64,000 bases of DNA from positions 68,029 to 132,028 of the forward strand of contig DAOWKC010000002.1 in the NCBI GenBank assembly GCA_030640025.1, written 5' to 3'. Of this stretch, positions 9,931-19,367 are shown piece after piece (the first letter of the stretch is position 1; each line of letters opens with the position of its first letter). This DNA is from Candidatus Woesearchaeota archaeon (lineage in GTDB: Archaea; Nanobdellota; Nanobdellia; Woesearchaeales; JAGLXL01). The translations under genes and the position numbers were made by a program. The notes under the pieces are model-generated. The model searched no databases. It saw only the letters and a program-made list of their open reading frames with translations, and was not told where the DNA came from.

Positions 9931-10118
9931 AAGCTTTATAAACAACCTGCTTCTTTTTCAAAAATACTCATGGAAGTATTTAAGTTGATTAGATACTATT
10001 AAACAAGCCTGAAAAGTAGTTTCCTGTGTGTGACTGGAAATTTCTGAAAGGAACTTCATCAAAAGGCTTATTTTGACTGCAAAGTCAAGTCTAGATAATA
10101 AGCCTTCTAGAAACTATG
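9931..10118 (+). promoter_or_regulatory. promoter (TTTATAAA ~9935) and structured 5' leader of ribosomal protein operon
   Basis: Helices 10017-23/10110-16, 10063-72/10097-106, 10073-88. Confidence 0.5.
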
Positions 10119-11072
10119 CCAACCAAGAGATCACCAAGAAAAGGAACATTGCAGTTTTGGCCTAGAAGAAAGGCTAAAAAGGAATTAGCTCGAGTTAGAT
10201 ATTGGAATAGAACAAAAGAAGCTAAGCCCTTGGGATTTATTGGCTATAAAGCAGGCATGCTTCATATTCTGGCGATTGACAACCGGCCGAAATCTTTGTC
10301 AAAAGATGAAGAGATTAGTTTGCCGGTAACTGTGATTGAATGTCCGGCCATGAAGGTGGCAGGCATTAATTTCTATCAACATGATTACAAGGGTTTGATG
10401 CTGCGTTCTACTGTTTTATCACAAGATCTTGACAAGGAATTGGCAAGAAAAATAATTCTACCAAAAAAAATCAATAAAAAAATTGAAGATGTTAAGGAAT
10501 TTGACGAAGTTAGATTATTAGTTTATACTCAACCAAAATTAATTGCAGCTTTAGGCAAGAAACCAAAAATTGGAGAGATTGCTTTAGGCGGCACAAAAGA
10601 AGAACAATTGAAATTTGCCCAGGAAAAATTAGGCAAAGAAATTATGGTGGAAGAAGTTTTCAAAGAAGGTAATTTAGTTGATATTCATGCGGTGACAACT
10701 GGAAAAGGTTTCCAGGGTCCGGTCAAGAGGCATGGGGTTGAATTAAGAAGTCATAAATCAGAAAAAGCCAGAAGAGGCAATATCAGAGGAGCTTGGACAG
10801 GAACTCCGATGTGGACTGTGCCTCATTCAGGCAAGATGGGTTATCATTTGAGAACGGAATTAAACAAATGGTTATTGAAAATCGGGAAAAAAGGAGAAGA
10901 AGTCACTCCCAAAAGCGGATTTAATCGATATGGATTAGTTAAGAATGATTATGTTTTATTGAAGGGATCTATTCCAGGACCAAGGAAAAGAGTTGTAACT
11001 TTAACCGAGGCAATCAGGCCAAATGCCAAAGTGCCAAAAGAAGCACCGCAGATTAGGTATATACTAAAATGA
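10116..11072 (+). CDS. rpl3: 50S ribosomal protein L3
   Basis: PRKGTLQFWPR, GYKAGM, GKGFQGPVKR. Confidence 0.97.
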   Translation: MPTKRSPRKGTLQFWPRRKAKKELARVRYWNRTKEAKPLGFIGYKAGMLHILAIDNRPKSLSKDEEISLPVTVIECPAMKVAGINFYQHDYKGLMLRSTVLSQDLDKELARKIILPKKINKKIEDVKEFDEVRLLVYTQPKLIAALGKKPKIGEIALGGTKEEQLKFAQEKLGKEIMVEEVFKEGNLVDIHAVTTGKGFQGPVKRHGVELRSHKSEKARRGNIRGAWTGTPMWTVPHSGKMGYHLRTELNKWLLKIGKKGEEVTPKSGFNRYGLVKNDYVLLKGSIPGPRKRVVTLTEAIRPNAKVPKEAPQIRYILK

Positions 11073-11875
11073 AGCTAGCAATTTTTGATTTGGAAAAGAA
11101 GAAGAAAAGTGAAAAGGAACTGCCTAATCAGTTTAACGAGGAAATCAGACCTGATTTAATCAAAAGAGCGGTTTTAGCTCTGCAAAGTTCTTCAAGACAG
11201 AGGTATGGTGTTGATCCAAGAGCTGGGAAAAAGGTTTCAGCTGATTTGAGCAAGAGGAGGAGAAAATACAGGGGCATGTATGGCCATGGTATTTCAAGAA
11301 TACCAAGAAAGATTCTGTCAAGACGCGGAACACAATTTAATTGGGAGGGTGCTTTTGCTCCGGGAACACGGGGCGGCAGACAAGCTCACCCGCCAAAGGC
11401 TGAAAAGAACTGGGAAAAGAAAATCAACAAAAAAGAAAGGAGAAAAGCAATTAGAAGTGCAATGGCAGCTACTTTAGTTAATGATTTAGTTAAGGAAAGA
11501 GGACATTTGATTCCTGAGGATTATCCATTTGTGATTGATAATAAAATTGAAAGTTTAGATAAAACAAAAGTTGTCAAGGATTTGTTAAAGAAATTAGGTT
11601 TTGATAATGAACTGGAGAGAGGCAGCAAGAAAAAAGTCAGAGCTGGCAAAGGCAAGATGAGAGGGAGAAAATACAAGAAAAAGACCAGTTTGTTGATTGT
11701 AGTAGGAAATGATTGTAAATTATTGAAAACAGGAAAAAATATTCCTGGGATTGATATTGTTAAAGTCAAGGAACTTAATGCTGAAATGTTGGCTCCGGGA
11801 GCAGCAATTGGCAGAGCCACTTTATGGAGCGAAAATTCAATTGAAAAACTCAACAAGGAGAAGTTATTTGCTTAA
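11069..11875 (+). CDS. rpl4: 50S ribosomal protein L4
   Basis: [27 protein letters not shown]. Confidence 0.97.
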   Translation: MKLAIFDLEKKKKSEKELPNQFNEEIRPDLIKRAVLALQSSSRQRYGVDPRAGKKVSADLSKRRRKYRGMYGHGISRIPRKILSRRGTQFNWEGAFAPGTRGGRQAHPPKAEKNWEKKINKKERRKAIRSAMAATLVNDLVKERGHLIPEDYPFVIDNKIESLDKTKVVKDLLKKLGFDNELERGSKKKVRAGKGKMRGRKYKKKTSLLIVVGNDCKLLKTGKNIPGIDIVKVKELNAEMLAPGAAIGRATLWSENSIEKLNKEKLFA

Positions 11876-11876
11876 A

Positions 11877-12134
11877 ATGGATCCACACAAAATTGTCAAA
11901 TTTCCATTGTCAACAGAAAAAAGTATCAGACTGATGGAAAGGGAAAACAAATTGATCTTTGTGGTAGATATGAAAGCAAAAAAAAGTGAAATCAAGAAAG
12001 CAATTGAGGATTTGTTTAAAGTAAAGGTAACTAAAGTTAATACTTTGCTGGCTGGCAATGAAAAAAGAGCTTATGTTAAATTAAGCATGGAGAATCCAGC
12101 TATTGATATTGCAACTGAATTAGGTCTGATGTGA
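11877..12134 (+). CDS. rpl23: 50S ribosomal protein L23
   Basis: PLSTEKS...KRAYVKL. Confidence 0.96.
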   Translation: MDPHKIVKFPLSTEKSIRLMERENKLIFVVDMKAKKSEIKKAIEDLFKVKVTKVNTLLAGNEKRAYVKLSMENPAIDIATELGLM

Positions 12135-12185
12135 TGAAAATGAAACATTTTCAGCATGCCAAAAATCCGGAGGATTTTTTAGCAT
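12135..12185. repeat. serial-hairpin element (intergenic rpl23-rpl2)
   Basis: TGAAAATG-AAA-CATTTTCA plus ATGCCAAAAATCC-GGA-GGATTTTTTAGCAT; first 18 nt identical to 14841-14858. Confidence 0.8.
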
Positions 12186-12188
12186 AAG

Positions 12189-12896
12189 ATGGGAAAAAGA
12201 TTACTTCAACAAAGACGGGGAAGAGGAACAAGTAATTTCAGGTCTCCTGGTTTTAAGTACAAAGGGAGAGCCAAACATAGACAATTGAGCAAAGAAGTGA
12301 GAGGAAAGATTGTTGATTTAATTGACTGCCCAGGACACAGCGCGCCTCTAGCTAAAATTACTTATGAAGATGGCCAAGCTTGCTTGACAATTGCACCAGA
12401 AGGAATTGCAGTAGGTGATACTGTAACAGTGGGTGGCGAAGCCAAGCCAGGTAATTTGTTTACTCTGAAAGATATTCCTGAAGGAGCTTTGGTTTTTAAT
12501 ATTGAATTGCAGCCAGGTGACGGCGGCAAGTTTGTCAGAAGCAGCGGAACTTTTGCCAAGGTTGTGGCCAAAACACCAAGTGGAGTAACAGTAAAACTGC
12601 CTTCAAAAAAAGAAAAAACTTTTTTCCCAGAATGCCGGGCTTGTATTGGAGTAGTAGCGGGTGGCGGAAGACCTGAAAAGTTCTTCTTAAAAGCAGGAAC
12701 AAAATATTATCACATGAAAGCTAAGAATAAGATTTATCCTCATGTTCAGGGTATTAGTATGAATGCAGTGGCTCACCCATTCGGCAGTAAGAGCTCACAT
12801 ATCAAAGGTCGACCAACTCAGAGTTCACGGCATGACCCACCTGGAAGAAAGGTTGGTAAGATTGCTCCTAGAAGAACTGGTCGGAGGAAGAGATAA
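12189..12896 (+). CDS. rpl2: 50S ribosomal protein L2
   Basis: MGKRLLQQRRGRG, MNAVAHPFG, PPGRKVG. Confidence 0.97.
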   Translation: MGKRLLQQRRGRGTSNFRSPGFKYKGRAKHRQLSKEVRGKIVDLIDCPGHSAPLAKITYEDGQACLTIAPEGIAVGDTVTVGGEAKPGNLFTLKDIPEGALVFNIELQPGDGGKFVRSSGTFAKVVAKTPSGVTVKLPSKKEKTFFPECRACIGVVAGGGRPEKFFLKAGTKYYHMKAKNKIYPHVQGISMNAVAHPFGSKSSHIKGRPTQSSRHDPPGRKVGKIAPRRTGRRKR

Positions 12897-13279
12897 TGGC
12901 AAAAAAAGAACTCAAATGGCGAGGTAAAAACTTAGAAGAAGCAAAAAAAATGGATTTAAAAGATTTTACACTTTTACTTCCAGCTAGAAAAAAGAGAGCT
13001 TTGAAAAGAGGATTTACTGAAAAGGAAAAGAAATTATTGAAGAAGATTGAAAGAGGGGACAAGACAATCAAAACTCACTGTCGAAGCATGATCATCATTC
13101 CTCAAATGTTAGGCAAAGTATTTTTAGTTTATACTGGCAAGGAATTTGCCCAAGTCAGAGTAGAATTAGAAATGTTAGGACATAGATTAGGAGAATTTGC
13201 CTTAACTAGGAAAAGCGTAGCACACAATGCTCCGGGTGTAGGAGCAACAAGAAGCAGTGCTGCTGTCTCAGTCAAATAA
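12896..13279 (+). CDS. rps19: 30S ribosomal protein S19
   Basis: KTHCR, GHRLGEFALTR, GATRSS. Confidence 0.97.
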   Translation: MAKKELKWRGKNLEEAKKMDLKDFTLLLPARKKRALKRGFTEKEKKLLKKIERGDKTIKTHCRSMIIIPQMLGKVFLVYTGKEFAQVRVELEMLGHRLGEFALTRKSVAHNAPGVGATRSSAAVSVK

Positions 13280-13282
13280 ATA

Positions 13283-14035
13283 ATGAAAAATAAATACTCA
13301 ACACAAGTGGAAGGAGAAACAGCCAAGGTTTTGGGTAAAGACCTGACTATTTCCAAAAAACATAGTGTTGAGATTTGCCGTTTTATTAGAAAGAAAAAGT
13401 TGAGTAAGGCTAAGGAATTATTGAACAAAGTATTGAAAAAAGAAATTGCAGTGCCTTATCGAAAACATACTTGGAATTTAGCCCATAAAAAAAGCACTCA
13501 AGGGCCAGGCAGATATCCAATAAAAGCAGTAAAGGCAATATTGGGATTACTTGAATCTGTAGAAGCCAATGCCCAGTTCAAAGGCATGAATACTGGCAAT
13601 TTAGTTATTGAACATATTAATGCCCATCAAGCGTCAAGACCATGGCATTTTGGCCGTCAGAGAAGAAGAAAAATGAAGAGGGCCCATGTGGAGATTATTG
13701 TCAAGGAAGGAGTAAAGACACGTGGAGGCAAAGCTACTGAGCGAGACAAGCTCGCTGGTACCACTGAACGTGGCTCTGGTGCCCCTAAAGGGGAAAAGGC
13801 TGAAGAAAAGCTAAAGAAAGAGGAACCAAAGGTTTCAGAGGCACGAGAAGGCAAGCCTTCGGTGAACAAGGAAACTTCAAAGAAGTTTCCGGTTTCCCAA
13901 AAATCGCAAAGCGATTTTTCAGGATCTCAGAAAACTAAAGTTTCTGAGACTCCTAAAAAAGAAGTTAAGGAAGATATCGGAACTAACGTTCCGGAACCTC
14001 CTAAAGAAGGAGTTAAGAAGGTTGATAAAAAATGA
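13283..14035 (+). CDS. rpl22: 50S ribosomal protein L22 with ~105-aa hairpin-encoded C-terminal tail
   Basis: GRYPIKA, ANAQFKG, HVEII core followed by long extension. Confidence 0.95.
   Translation: MKNKYSTQVEGETAKVLGKDLTISKKHSVEICRFIRKKKLSKAKELLNKVLKKEIAVPYRKHTWNLAHKKSTQGPGRYPIKAVKAILGLLESVEANAQFKGMNTGNLVIEHINAHQASRPWHFGRQRRRKMKRAHVEIIVKEGVKTRGGKATERDKLAGTTERGSGAPKGEKAEEKLKKEEPKVSEAREGKPSVNKETSKKFPVSQKSQSDFSGSQKTKVSETPKKEVKEDIGTNVPEPPKEGVKKVDKK
13717..14012. repeat. array of ~10 serial hairpins translated within rpl22 tail
   Basis: e.g. AGCGAG/CTCGCT, CCCC-TAAA-GGGG, GAAGGC/GCCTTC, GGAAACTTC/GAAGTTTCC, AAAAATCGC/GCGATTTTT, TCTCAGAAA/TTTCTGAGA, CGGAAC/GTTCCG. Confidence 0.85.
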
Positions 14036-14943
14036 TGGAAAGAAATTTCGTGGCTGAAAAATTAAAGGAATTCCAGATAGAAGAATTTGTTTCAAAGAAA
14101 CTGAACAGAGTCGGACATTCACATACAGTGATGAAGAAGACTCCTTTGGGTGAAAAAATTATAATTCATGCCAGCCGGCCTGGTTTAGTTGTTGGCAGAC
14201 AAGGCGGCAATATCAAAGAGTTGACCAAACAATTGAAAAAAGAGTTTAATTTAGAAAATCCTCAAATTGAAATCCAAGAAGTTGAAAATATTTTCTTGGA
14301 TCCTGAAATTGTAGCTGAAAGAATTGCCAATTCCCTAGAAAGATTTGGCACAACCCGTTTCAAGGGTGTGGGCCACAAAATGATGGAGAAGGTTTTAGAA
14401 GCAGGGGCTTTAGGTATAGAAATTATCATGTCAGGAAAGATTCCTGGGGCACGAGCAAGATCATGGAGATTTTATCAAGGTTATTTGAAAAAGTGCGGCG
14501 ACATGGCAATGATGGGAGTCAAAAAATCCTGCAAAACTGCTTTGTTGAAAACTGGTATTATTGGAATCAGAGTCAGGATTATGCCACCTGAGTTAAAAGA
14601 GCAAGAAGAAATTAGATTAAAGAAAGAAGAAGAGATCATTGAAGAAATCAAAGAAGTACAGAGAGGCGAAGCCTCTGGTACCCCTAAAGGGGAGCCGAAA
14701 AAGGCCAAGAAGAAGAGAACTAAAAAAAAGAAAGAGACTAAGAAAGTAGACAAGAAAGAAGTTAATGTAGAAAAAGTTGTTGAAGAGGAGAAAGAAGAAG
14801 CGGCTGAAGAAAAACAAGAAGATATCAAAACTGAGGTACTTGAAAATGAAACATTTTCGGTACCTCCTAAGGAGGTTCCGGAACCTTCTGATGAAGGAGT
14901 AAAAGAAGTGCCAAAGGCTGAAGAAACTAAGGAAAAACAATGA
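14032..14943 (+). CDS. rps3: 30S ribosomal protein S3 with long charged tail
   Basis: RPGLVVGRQG KH domain, GALGIEI, GYLKKCG. Confidence 0.96.
   Translation: MMERNFVAEKLKEFQIEEFVSKKLNRVGHSHTVMKKTPLGEKIIIHASRPGLVVGRQGGNIKELTKQLKKEFNLENPQIEIQEVENIFLDPEIVAERIANSLERFGTTRFKGVGHKMMEKVLEAGALGIEIIMSGKIPGARARSWRFYQGYLKKCGDMAMMGVKKSCKTALLKTGIIGIRVRIMPPELKEQEEIRLKKEEEIIEEIKEVQRGEASGTPKGEPKKAKKKRTKKKKETKKVDKKEVNVEKVVEEEKEEAAEEKQEDIKTEVLENETFSVPPKEVPEPSDEGVKEVPKAEETKEKQ
14650..14694. repeat. double-hairpin module in rps3 tail
   Basis: AGAGGC-GAA-GCCTCT plus CCCC-TAAA-GGGG; 41/45 identical to 22461-22505. Confidence 0.85.
14833..14897. repeat. serial-hairpin module in rps3 tail
   Basis: GAGGTAC..GAAAATG-AAA-CATTTTC..GTACCTC, ACCTCC-TAA-GGAGGT, GGTTCCGGAACC, CCTTC-TGAT-GAAGG. 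Confidence 0.8.
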
Positions 14944-15161
14944 AAAGAAAAGAAATCAAGTCGGTGCCAAAAGGCGAATTAGAAAACAAATTAATAGAGT
15001 TAAAAAGGGAATTAATGAAACAAAATGCTCAAATCAGGATCGGCACCACGCCAACCAATCCAGGAAAAGTCAAACAAATGAAAAAATTAATTGCTAAAAT
15101 TCATACTCAACTCAAAAAAACAGAAGCTAAACCAGCTTCGAGTAAGAATGTGGAGGTATAA
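14940..15161 (+). CDS. rpl29: 50S ribosomal protein L29
   Basis: NPGKVKQMKKLIAKIHT. Confidence 0.93.
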   Translation: MKRKEIKSVPKGELENKLIELKRELMKQNAQIRIGTTPTNPGKVKQMKKLIAKIHTQLKKTEAKPASSKNVEV

Positions 15162-15469
15162 TGTCAGAAGTTTGCCAAGATTGCGGTTTACCAAAAGATC
15201 TATGTGTTTGTGAAACCATTGCCAAAGAACAGCAAAAAATCGAAGTGACTACCGAGAAAAGAAAATTCGGAAAGATCTACACCATCATTAAGGTGCAGGA
15301 TACAGGTAGCCTTGATATGGGGGATTTAACCAAAAAACTAAAGGCGAAGTTTGCGTGCGGCGGAACATACAAAGAAGGACAAATTGAACTTCAAGGAAAT
15401 CATAAAAACAATGCCAAGCGAGCGTTGCTGGGAATGGGCTTTTCAGAAGAAACCATAGAAATTCAATGA
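15161..15469 (+). CDS. sui1: translation initiation factor aIF-1 (SUI1)
   Basis: CxxCGLPKDLCVC, ACGGT, IELQG. Confidence 0.95.
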   Translation: MSEVCQDCGLPKDLCVCETIAKEQQKIEVTTEKRKFGKIYTIIKVQDTGSLDMGDLTKKLKAKFACGGTYKEGQIELQGNHKNNAKRALLGMGFSEETIEIQ

Positions 15470-15579
15470 ATTTCAGGGTTCCAAAATCCTCAAAAATCAC
15501 AAAAGTGATTTTTGGGACACTAGAAATTTGTCAAACAAATTTTTAAGTGTTTCAAAGAAATTTTGAGAACCATAGAAAT
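15451..15579. mobile_element. serial-hairpin insertion flanked by 12-bp direct repeat AACCATAGAAAT
   Basis: Direct repeats at 15451-15462 and 15568-15579 with four hairpins between. Confidence 0.7.
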
Positions 15580-15592
15580 CAAGTAAAACCAA

Positions 15593-15832
15593 ATGAAAAC
15601 CAACACCTACCCTGAAGAAATAATTGGTAAAACCATTGAAGTGGTGGAATCAAAAAATTCCAGTGATGTTGGAATCAGGGGTAAAATCATTGATGAAACC
15701 AAAAAAACAATTTTGGTGAAAACCAAAAAAGGCGAAAAACGGTTGTTGAAGAGCAACATTACATTCACAATCAATCATCAAAACATCAAAGGTAAAAATT
15801 TACTCAAAAGGTCTGAAGAAAGAATAAAATGA
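15593..15832 (+). CDS. rnp1: ribonuclease P protein subunit Rpp29
   Basis: EIIG...GIRGKIIDETK...RSEER; canonical position. Confidence 0.92.
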   Translation: MKTNTYPEEIIGKTIEVVESKNSSDVGIRGKIIDETKKTILVKTKKGEKRLLKSNITFTINHQNIKGKNLLKRSEERIK

Positions 15833-16164
15833 AAGAAAAGAAAGTTGGATTGGGTTTAGAAAGCCCAAAGGAAAAGTGCACGGACAAAAAATGTCCATTC
15901 CATGGAGAAATCAATATCAAACCAGAGACTTTTGTAGGCAAAGTCATTAAGATGGATGTCAGCAGAACAGCAACGATTGAATGGATCAGGAATGTTGAAG
16001 TGAGAAAGTATGAAAGAAAGGCAAAGAAAGTGAGTAAATTAAGAGTGCACAATCCACCCTGCTTGAAAGTTAAAGTAGGTGATGAAGTAATGGTAGCCAA
16101 GACCAGACCAATGAGCAAAACTAAAAATTTTGTTATAGTCAAAATCATAAAAAAGGCTGAATAA
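15829..16164 (+). CDS. rps17: 30S ribosomal protein S17
   Basis: CTDKKCPFHG, RPMSKTKNF. Confidence 0.96.
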   Translation: MKEKKVGLGLESPKEKCTDKKCPFHGEINIKPETFVGKVIKMDVSRTATIEWIRNVEVRKYERKAKKVSKLRVHNPPCLKVKVGDEVMVAKTRPMSKTKNFVIVKIIKKAE

Positions 16165-16166
16165 AA

Positions 16167-16568
16167 ATGAAAGCAATTAAAGCAAAAGTAACCAGGGGAT
16201 TGCCTGTGAATTCAAGGGTAGCAACTTGTGATAACTCTGGGGCTAAAATATTGAAGATTTTTTCAGTCAAAAGACACAAAACAGTCAAAGGCAGACTGCA
16301 AGCAGCTGGAGTAGGTGATTTAGTCATGGCTTCAGTTAAGAAGGGGAAGCCAGAAATGAAAAAACAGGTTGTTTTGGCAGTAATTGTCAGGCAGAAAAAA
16401 GAATATTTGAGACCAAACGGCATGAGGATTAAATTTGAAGATAATGCGGCAGTAGTTGTTAAGGATGACGCGGGCAATCCAAAAGGAACTTTGCTGAAAG
16501 GTCCGATTGCCAAAGAAGCCTGCGAAAGATGGCCAGGGATTGCGAAATTGGCCAGTATTGTGGTGTAA
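16167..16568 (+). CDS. rpl14: 50S ribosomal protein L14
   Basis: DNSGAK, FEDNAAV. Confidence 0.97.
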   Translation: MKAIKAKVTRGLPVNSRVATCDNSGAKILKIFSVKRHKTVKGRLQAAGVGDLVMASVKKGKPEMKKQVVLAVIVRQKKEYLRPNGMRIKFEDNAAVVVKDDAGNPKGTLLKGPIAKEACERWPGIAKLASIVV

Positions 16569-16570
16569 AG

Positions 16571-16954
16571 ATGAGAAAGTTTTCAAAAGCATGGAAAGGA
16601 AGCAAGAAACCAAGGAAGCAGCACAAATACAGAGCGAAAGCTCCTTTGCATTTGAGGAAGAATTTGGTTTCAATTCATTTGAGCAAAGATTTAATCAAAA
16701 AATACGGCAAAAGAAATGTCCCGGTCAGAAAAGGGGATAAGGTTAAGATTTTGAGAGGGCAATTCAGAAAAAAAGAAGGCAAGATTGAAAGAATTGACAG
16801 GAAATCGTACAAGGTTTATATTACTGGAATTGAACTGGTCAAGAAGGAAGGGAGCAAGGTCTTGAAGTCACTTGACCCTTCAAATTTAACCATTGTGGAT
16901 TTAGACCTAGAAGACAGAAAAAGAAAAGCTAAATTGGAGACAAAGAAAAAATGA
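16571..16954 (+). CDS. rpl24: 50S ribosomal protein L24
   Basis: PRKQHKY, VRKGDKVKILRG. Confidence 0.96.
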   Translation: MRKFSKAWKGSKKPRKQHKYRAKAPLHLRKNLVSIHLSKDLIKKYGKRNVPVRKGDKVKILRGQFRKKEGKIERIDRKSYKVYITGIELVKKEGSKVLKSLDPSNLTIVDLDLEDRKRKAKLETKKK

Positions 16955-17628
16955 AAGGTTATCTAAAAAGAAACTACACACCGGCAACATGGCTGATACG
17001 CAGAAAGGAGAAGAAATTCATAATCAAACCAAATCCAGGAGCTCATGCTATGGAATTTGGCCTGCCACTTAATATTGTGTTAAAGGATTTAGGTTACGGT
17101 AAAACAAGCAGAGATGTGAGGAATATTTTGCATAAGAAAGATGTTTTAGTTGACGGCAAGAAAAGAAAAGATCCAAAATATATTATCGGGATAATGGATG
17201 TTTTGAGTTTTCCTGAAGTTAAGAAAAATTATAGAATAATTTTAGATAAAAAGGGAAGATTAATTGTCAAAGAGATTAGTGAAGAAGAAAGCAAGGTTAA
17301 AATCAGTAAAGTAGTGGGCAAGACAGTTTTAGGCAAAGGAAAAATACAATTGAATTTGCATGACGGCAAGAATATTTTGACTGAGACTAAAGCCAAAGTA
17401 GGAGATTCCTTGCTATTGGAACTGCCAAGCTTAAAGATCAAGGAAGTTTTGGAATTGAAAAAGGGAGCCCAGATTTATTTATTGAAAGGAAATCGCGCAG
17501 GCAGCCAAGGTGTGCTACAGGAAATTGAAGGAAAGAAGATTATCTTTGAAAAAGACAAAGAAAAAATTGAAACTTCGAAAGCTTATGCTTTAGTAATTGG
17601 CGGCAAGATCAAGATTGAAAATGACTGA
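16951..17628 (+). CDS. rps4e: 30S ribosomal protein S4e
   Basis: LKR..P..W, PGAH, QLNLHDG. Confidence 0.96.
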   Translation: MKGYLKRNYTPATWLIRRKEKKFIIKPNPGAHAMEFGLPLNIVLKDLGYGKTSRDVRNILHKKDVLVDGKKRKDPKYIIGIMDVLSFPEVKKNYRIILDKKGRLIVKEISEEESKVKISKVVGKTVLGKGKIQLNLHDGKNILTETKAKVGDSLLLELPSLKIKEVLELKKGAQIYLLKGNRAGSQGVLQEIEGKKIIFEKDKEKIETSKAYALVIGGKIKIEND

Positions 17629-18154
17629 AAACTCAATGAGAAAAATTCGGATCGAGAAAGTGACCCTGAATGTTGGGGTTGGCAAAGATGAAGATAAATT
17701 GAAGAAGGGGAAAAAATTATTGAAAATGATCACTGGAGTTGAAGCAGTCAATACAACTACTCAAAAAAGAATTCCTGGATGGGGATTGAGACCGGGATTG
17801 TCAATTGGCTGTAAAATAACCTTGAGGCACAAAAAAGCAATTGAAATTTTGAAAAATTTACTGGAAGCCAAAGACAATATGTTAAGTTTAAATAATTTTG
17901 ATGACCAGGGCAATCTAGCTTTTGGTATTGCAGAATATATTGATATTCCAGGCCTTAAATACGACCCAGAAATCAAGATTATGGGTTTGGAAGTGGCAGT
18001 AACTTTGGAAAGACCGGGATTTAGAATCAAAAGAAGAAGAATCCAAAAGAAAAAGATTCCCAAAACCCATGTTATGGCAAAAGAAGAAAGTGTTGAATTT
18101 ATGAAAAAAGAATTTAATCTGAAAATTGAGGAGGAAGAAGATGACAACGAGTGA
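17621..18154 (+). CDS. rpl5: 50S ribosomal protein L5
   Basis: [24 protein letters not shown]. Confidence 0.97.
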   Translation: MTENSMRKIRIEKVTLNVGVGKDEDKLKKGKKLLKMITGVEAVNTTTQKRIPGWGLRPGLSIGCKITLRHKKAIEILKNLLEAKDNMLSLNNFDDQGNLAFGIAEYIDIPGLKYDPEIKIMGLEVAVTLERPGFRIKRRRIQKKKIPKTHVMAKEESVEFMKKEFNLKIEEEEDDNE

Positions 18155-18371
18155 TTATAAAAAAGCATTTACGCAATTGAAAGCCAAACCAGTGAAGTTA
18201 GCTAAATTTTTGAAGCATAATAAGCCAAAAGAAAGAAGTTGCGGAAAATCCTTGAGAAAATGCAAGCGATGCGGCAGACACGGCGGCCATATCAGAAAAT
18301 ATGGAGTGGGCTTGTGCAGACAATGCTTTAGAGAAATTGGTTTAGATTTGGGGTTTAAAAAATTCAGCTGA
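18141..18371 (+). CDS. rps14: 30S ribosomal protein S14 (Zn-binding, N-extended)
   Basis: CKRC...LCRQCFRE. Confidence 0.96.
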   Translation: MTTSDYKKAFTQLKAKPVKLAKFLKHNKPKERSCGKSLRKCKRCGRHGGHIRKYGVGLCRQCFREIGLDLGFKKFS

Positions 18372-18383
18372 GGTTAAAAAAAT

Positions 18384-18430
18384 ATGAAAATCAAAAATTT
18401 TCAATTGTTAAAAACTAGGAGGTTTTCAAC
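18384..18430. repeat. hairpin module carrying SD upstream of rps8
   Basis: TGAAAAT-CAAAA-ATTTTCA plus GTTAAAAACTAGGAGGTTTTCAAC; homologous to 24081-24131 and 27880-27904. Confidence 0.75.
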
Positions 18431-18823
18431 ATGACTTTAAATGATCCATTAGCAAACATATTATCAAAAATCGTGAACGCAGAAAAAATCGGAAGAAAGG
18501 TCTGTTTAGCCAAACCAGCCTCAAAAGAAATCCAAAAGATTTTGACGATTTTAAATGCTCATGGTTATCTAGGCAAATTCAAAGTAATTGAAGACGGCAA
18601 AGGCGGTGTTTTAGAGATTAATTTACTGGGCAATGTCAATAAATGCGGCGTCATCAAGCCTCGCTTTAGTACAAAGTATGTTGATTTAGAAAAATGGGAA
18701 AAAAGATATTTGCCAGCCAAGGATTTTGGTATTATTATTATTTCAACTCCTAAGGGTTATTTAACCCATTTTGAAGCAAGAGAAAAGAAAACTGGAGGAA
18801 AATTAATCGCTTACTGTTATTAA
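18431..18823 (+). CDS. rps8: 30S ribosomal protein S8
   Basis: DPLAN, NKCGVIKPR, GGKLIAYCY. Confidence 0.97.
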   Translation: MTLNDPLANILSKIVNAEKIGRKVCLAKPASKEIQKILTILNAHGYLGKFKVIEDGKGGVLEINLLGNVNKCGVIKPRFSTKYVDLEKWEKRYLPAKDFGIIIISTPKGYLTHFEAREKKTGGKLIAYCY

Positions 18824-18824
18824 C

Positions 18825-19367
18825 ATGAAATCAGACATTAAAGAAGGGCTGGCTTGGCCAGAAGGTGTGGAAGTTAAGTATGAAAAAGGTATTTTAATAG
18901 TTAAAGGACCAAAAGGAGAAGTAAAGAGGAGGCTGTTAGATCCTCGAATTAAAATTGAAGTTAAGGATAAGGTCTTGCTTGAGAGTCTGAAGGCAACCAA
19001 AAGGGAAAAAAGAATGTTGTATACTTTTCATTCACATATCAGAAATATGTTCAAGGGAGTAACAGAAGGCCATGTTTATGAATTAAAGATTTGCTCAGGC
19101 CACTTTCCAATGAATGTTTCAGTAGCTGGCAATGAATTTTTGATTAAGAATTTTTTAGGGGAGAACAGCCCAAGGAAAATAACAATCAAAGAAAGCGTCA
19201 AAGTGGCGGTGGAAGGAGACAAGGTCAAGGTAGAAGGAATTGATAAGGAATTAACTGCCCAGACAGCTGCCAGCATTGAACTGTTGACAGTGGTGAGGGG
19301 CCGAGACAGAAGAATTTTTCAAGACGGAATTTATATTACCAATAAGGACGGCAAGGAATTAAAATGA
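18825..19367 (+). CDS. rpl6: 50S ribosomal protein L6
   Basis: VKGPKG, HFP, DRRIFQDGIY. Confidence 0.97.
   Translation: MKSDIKEGLAWPEGVEVKYEKGILIVKGPKGEVKRRLLDPRIKIEVKDKVLLESLKATKREKRMLYTFHSHIRNMFKGVTEGHVYELKICSGHFPMNVSVAGNEFLIKNFLGENSPRKITIKESVKVAVEGDKVKVEGIDKELTAQTAASIELLTVVRGRDRRIFQDGIYITNKDGKELK

Noticed and set aside
15123-15139. Single GAAGCT/AGCTTC hairpin in the rpl29 tail
   Set aside because: Compatible with the family but too short to call on its own.
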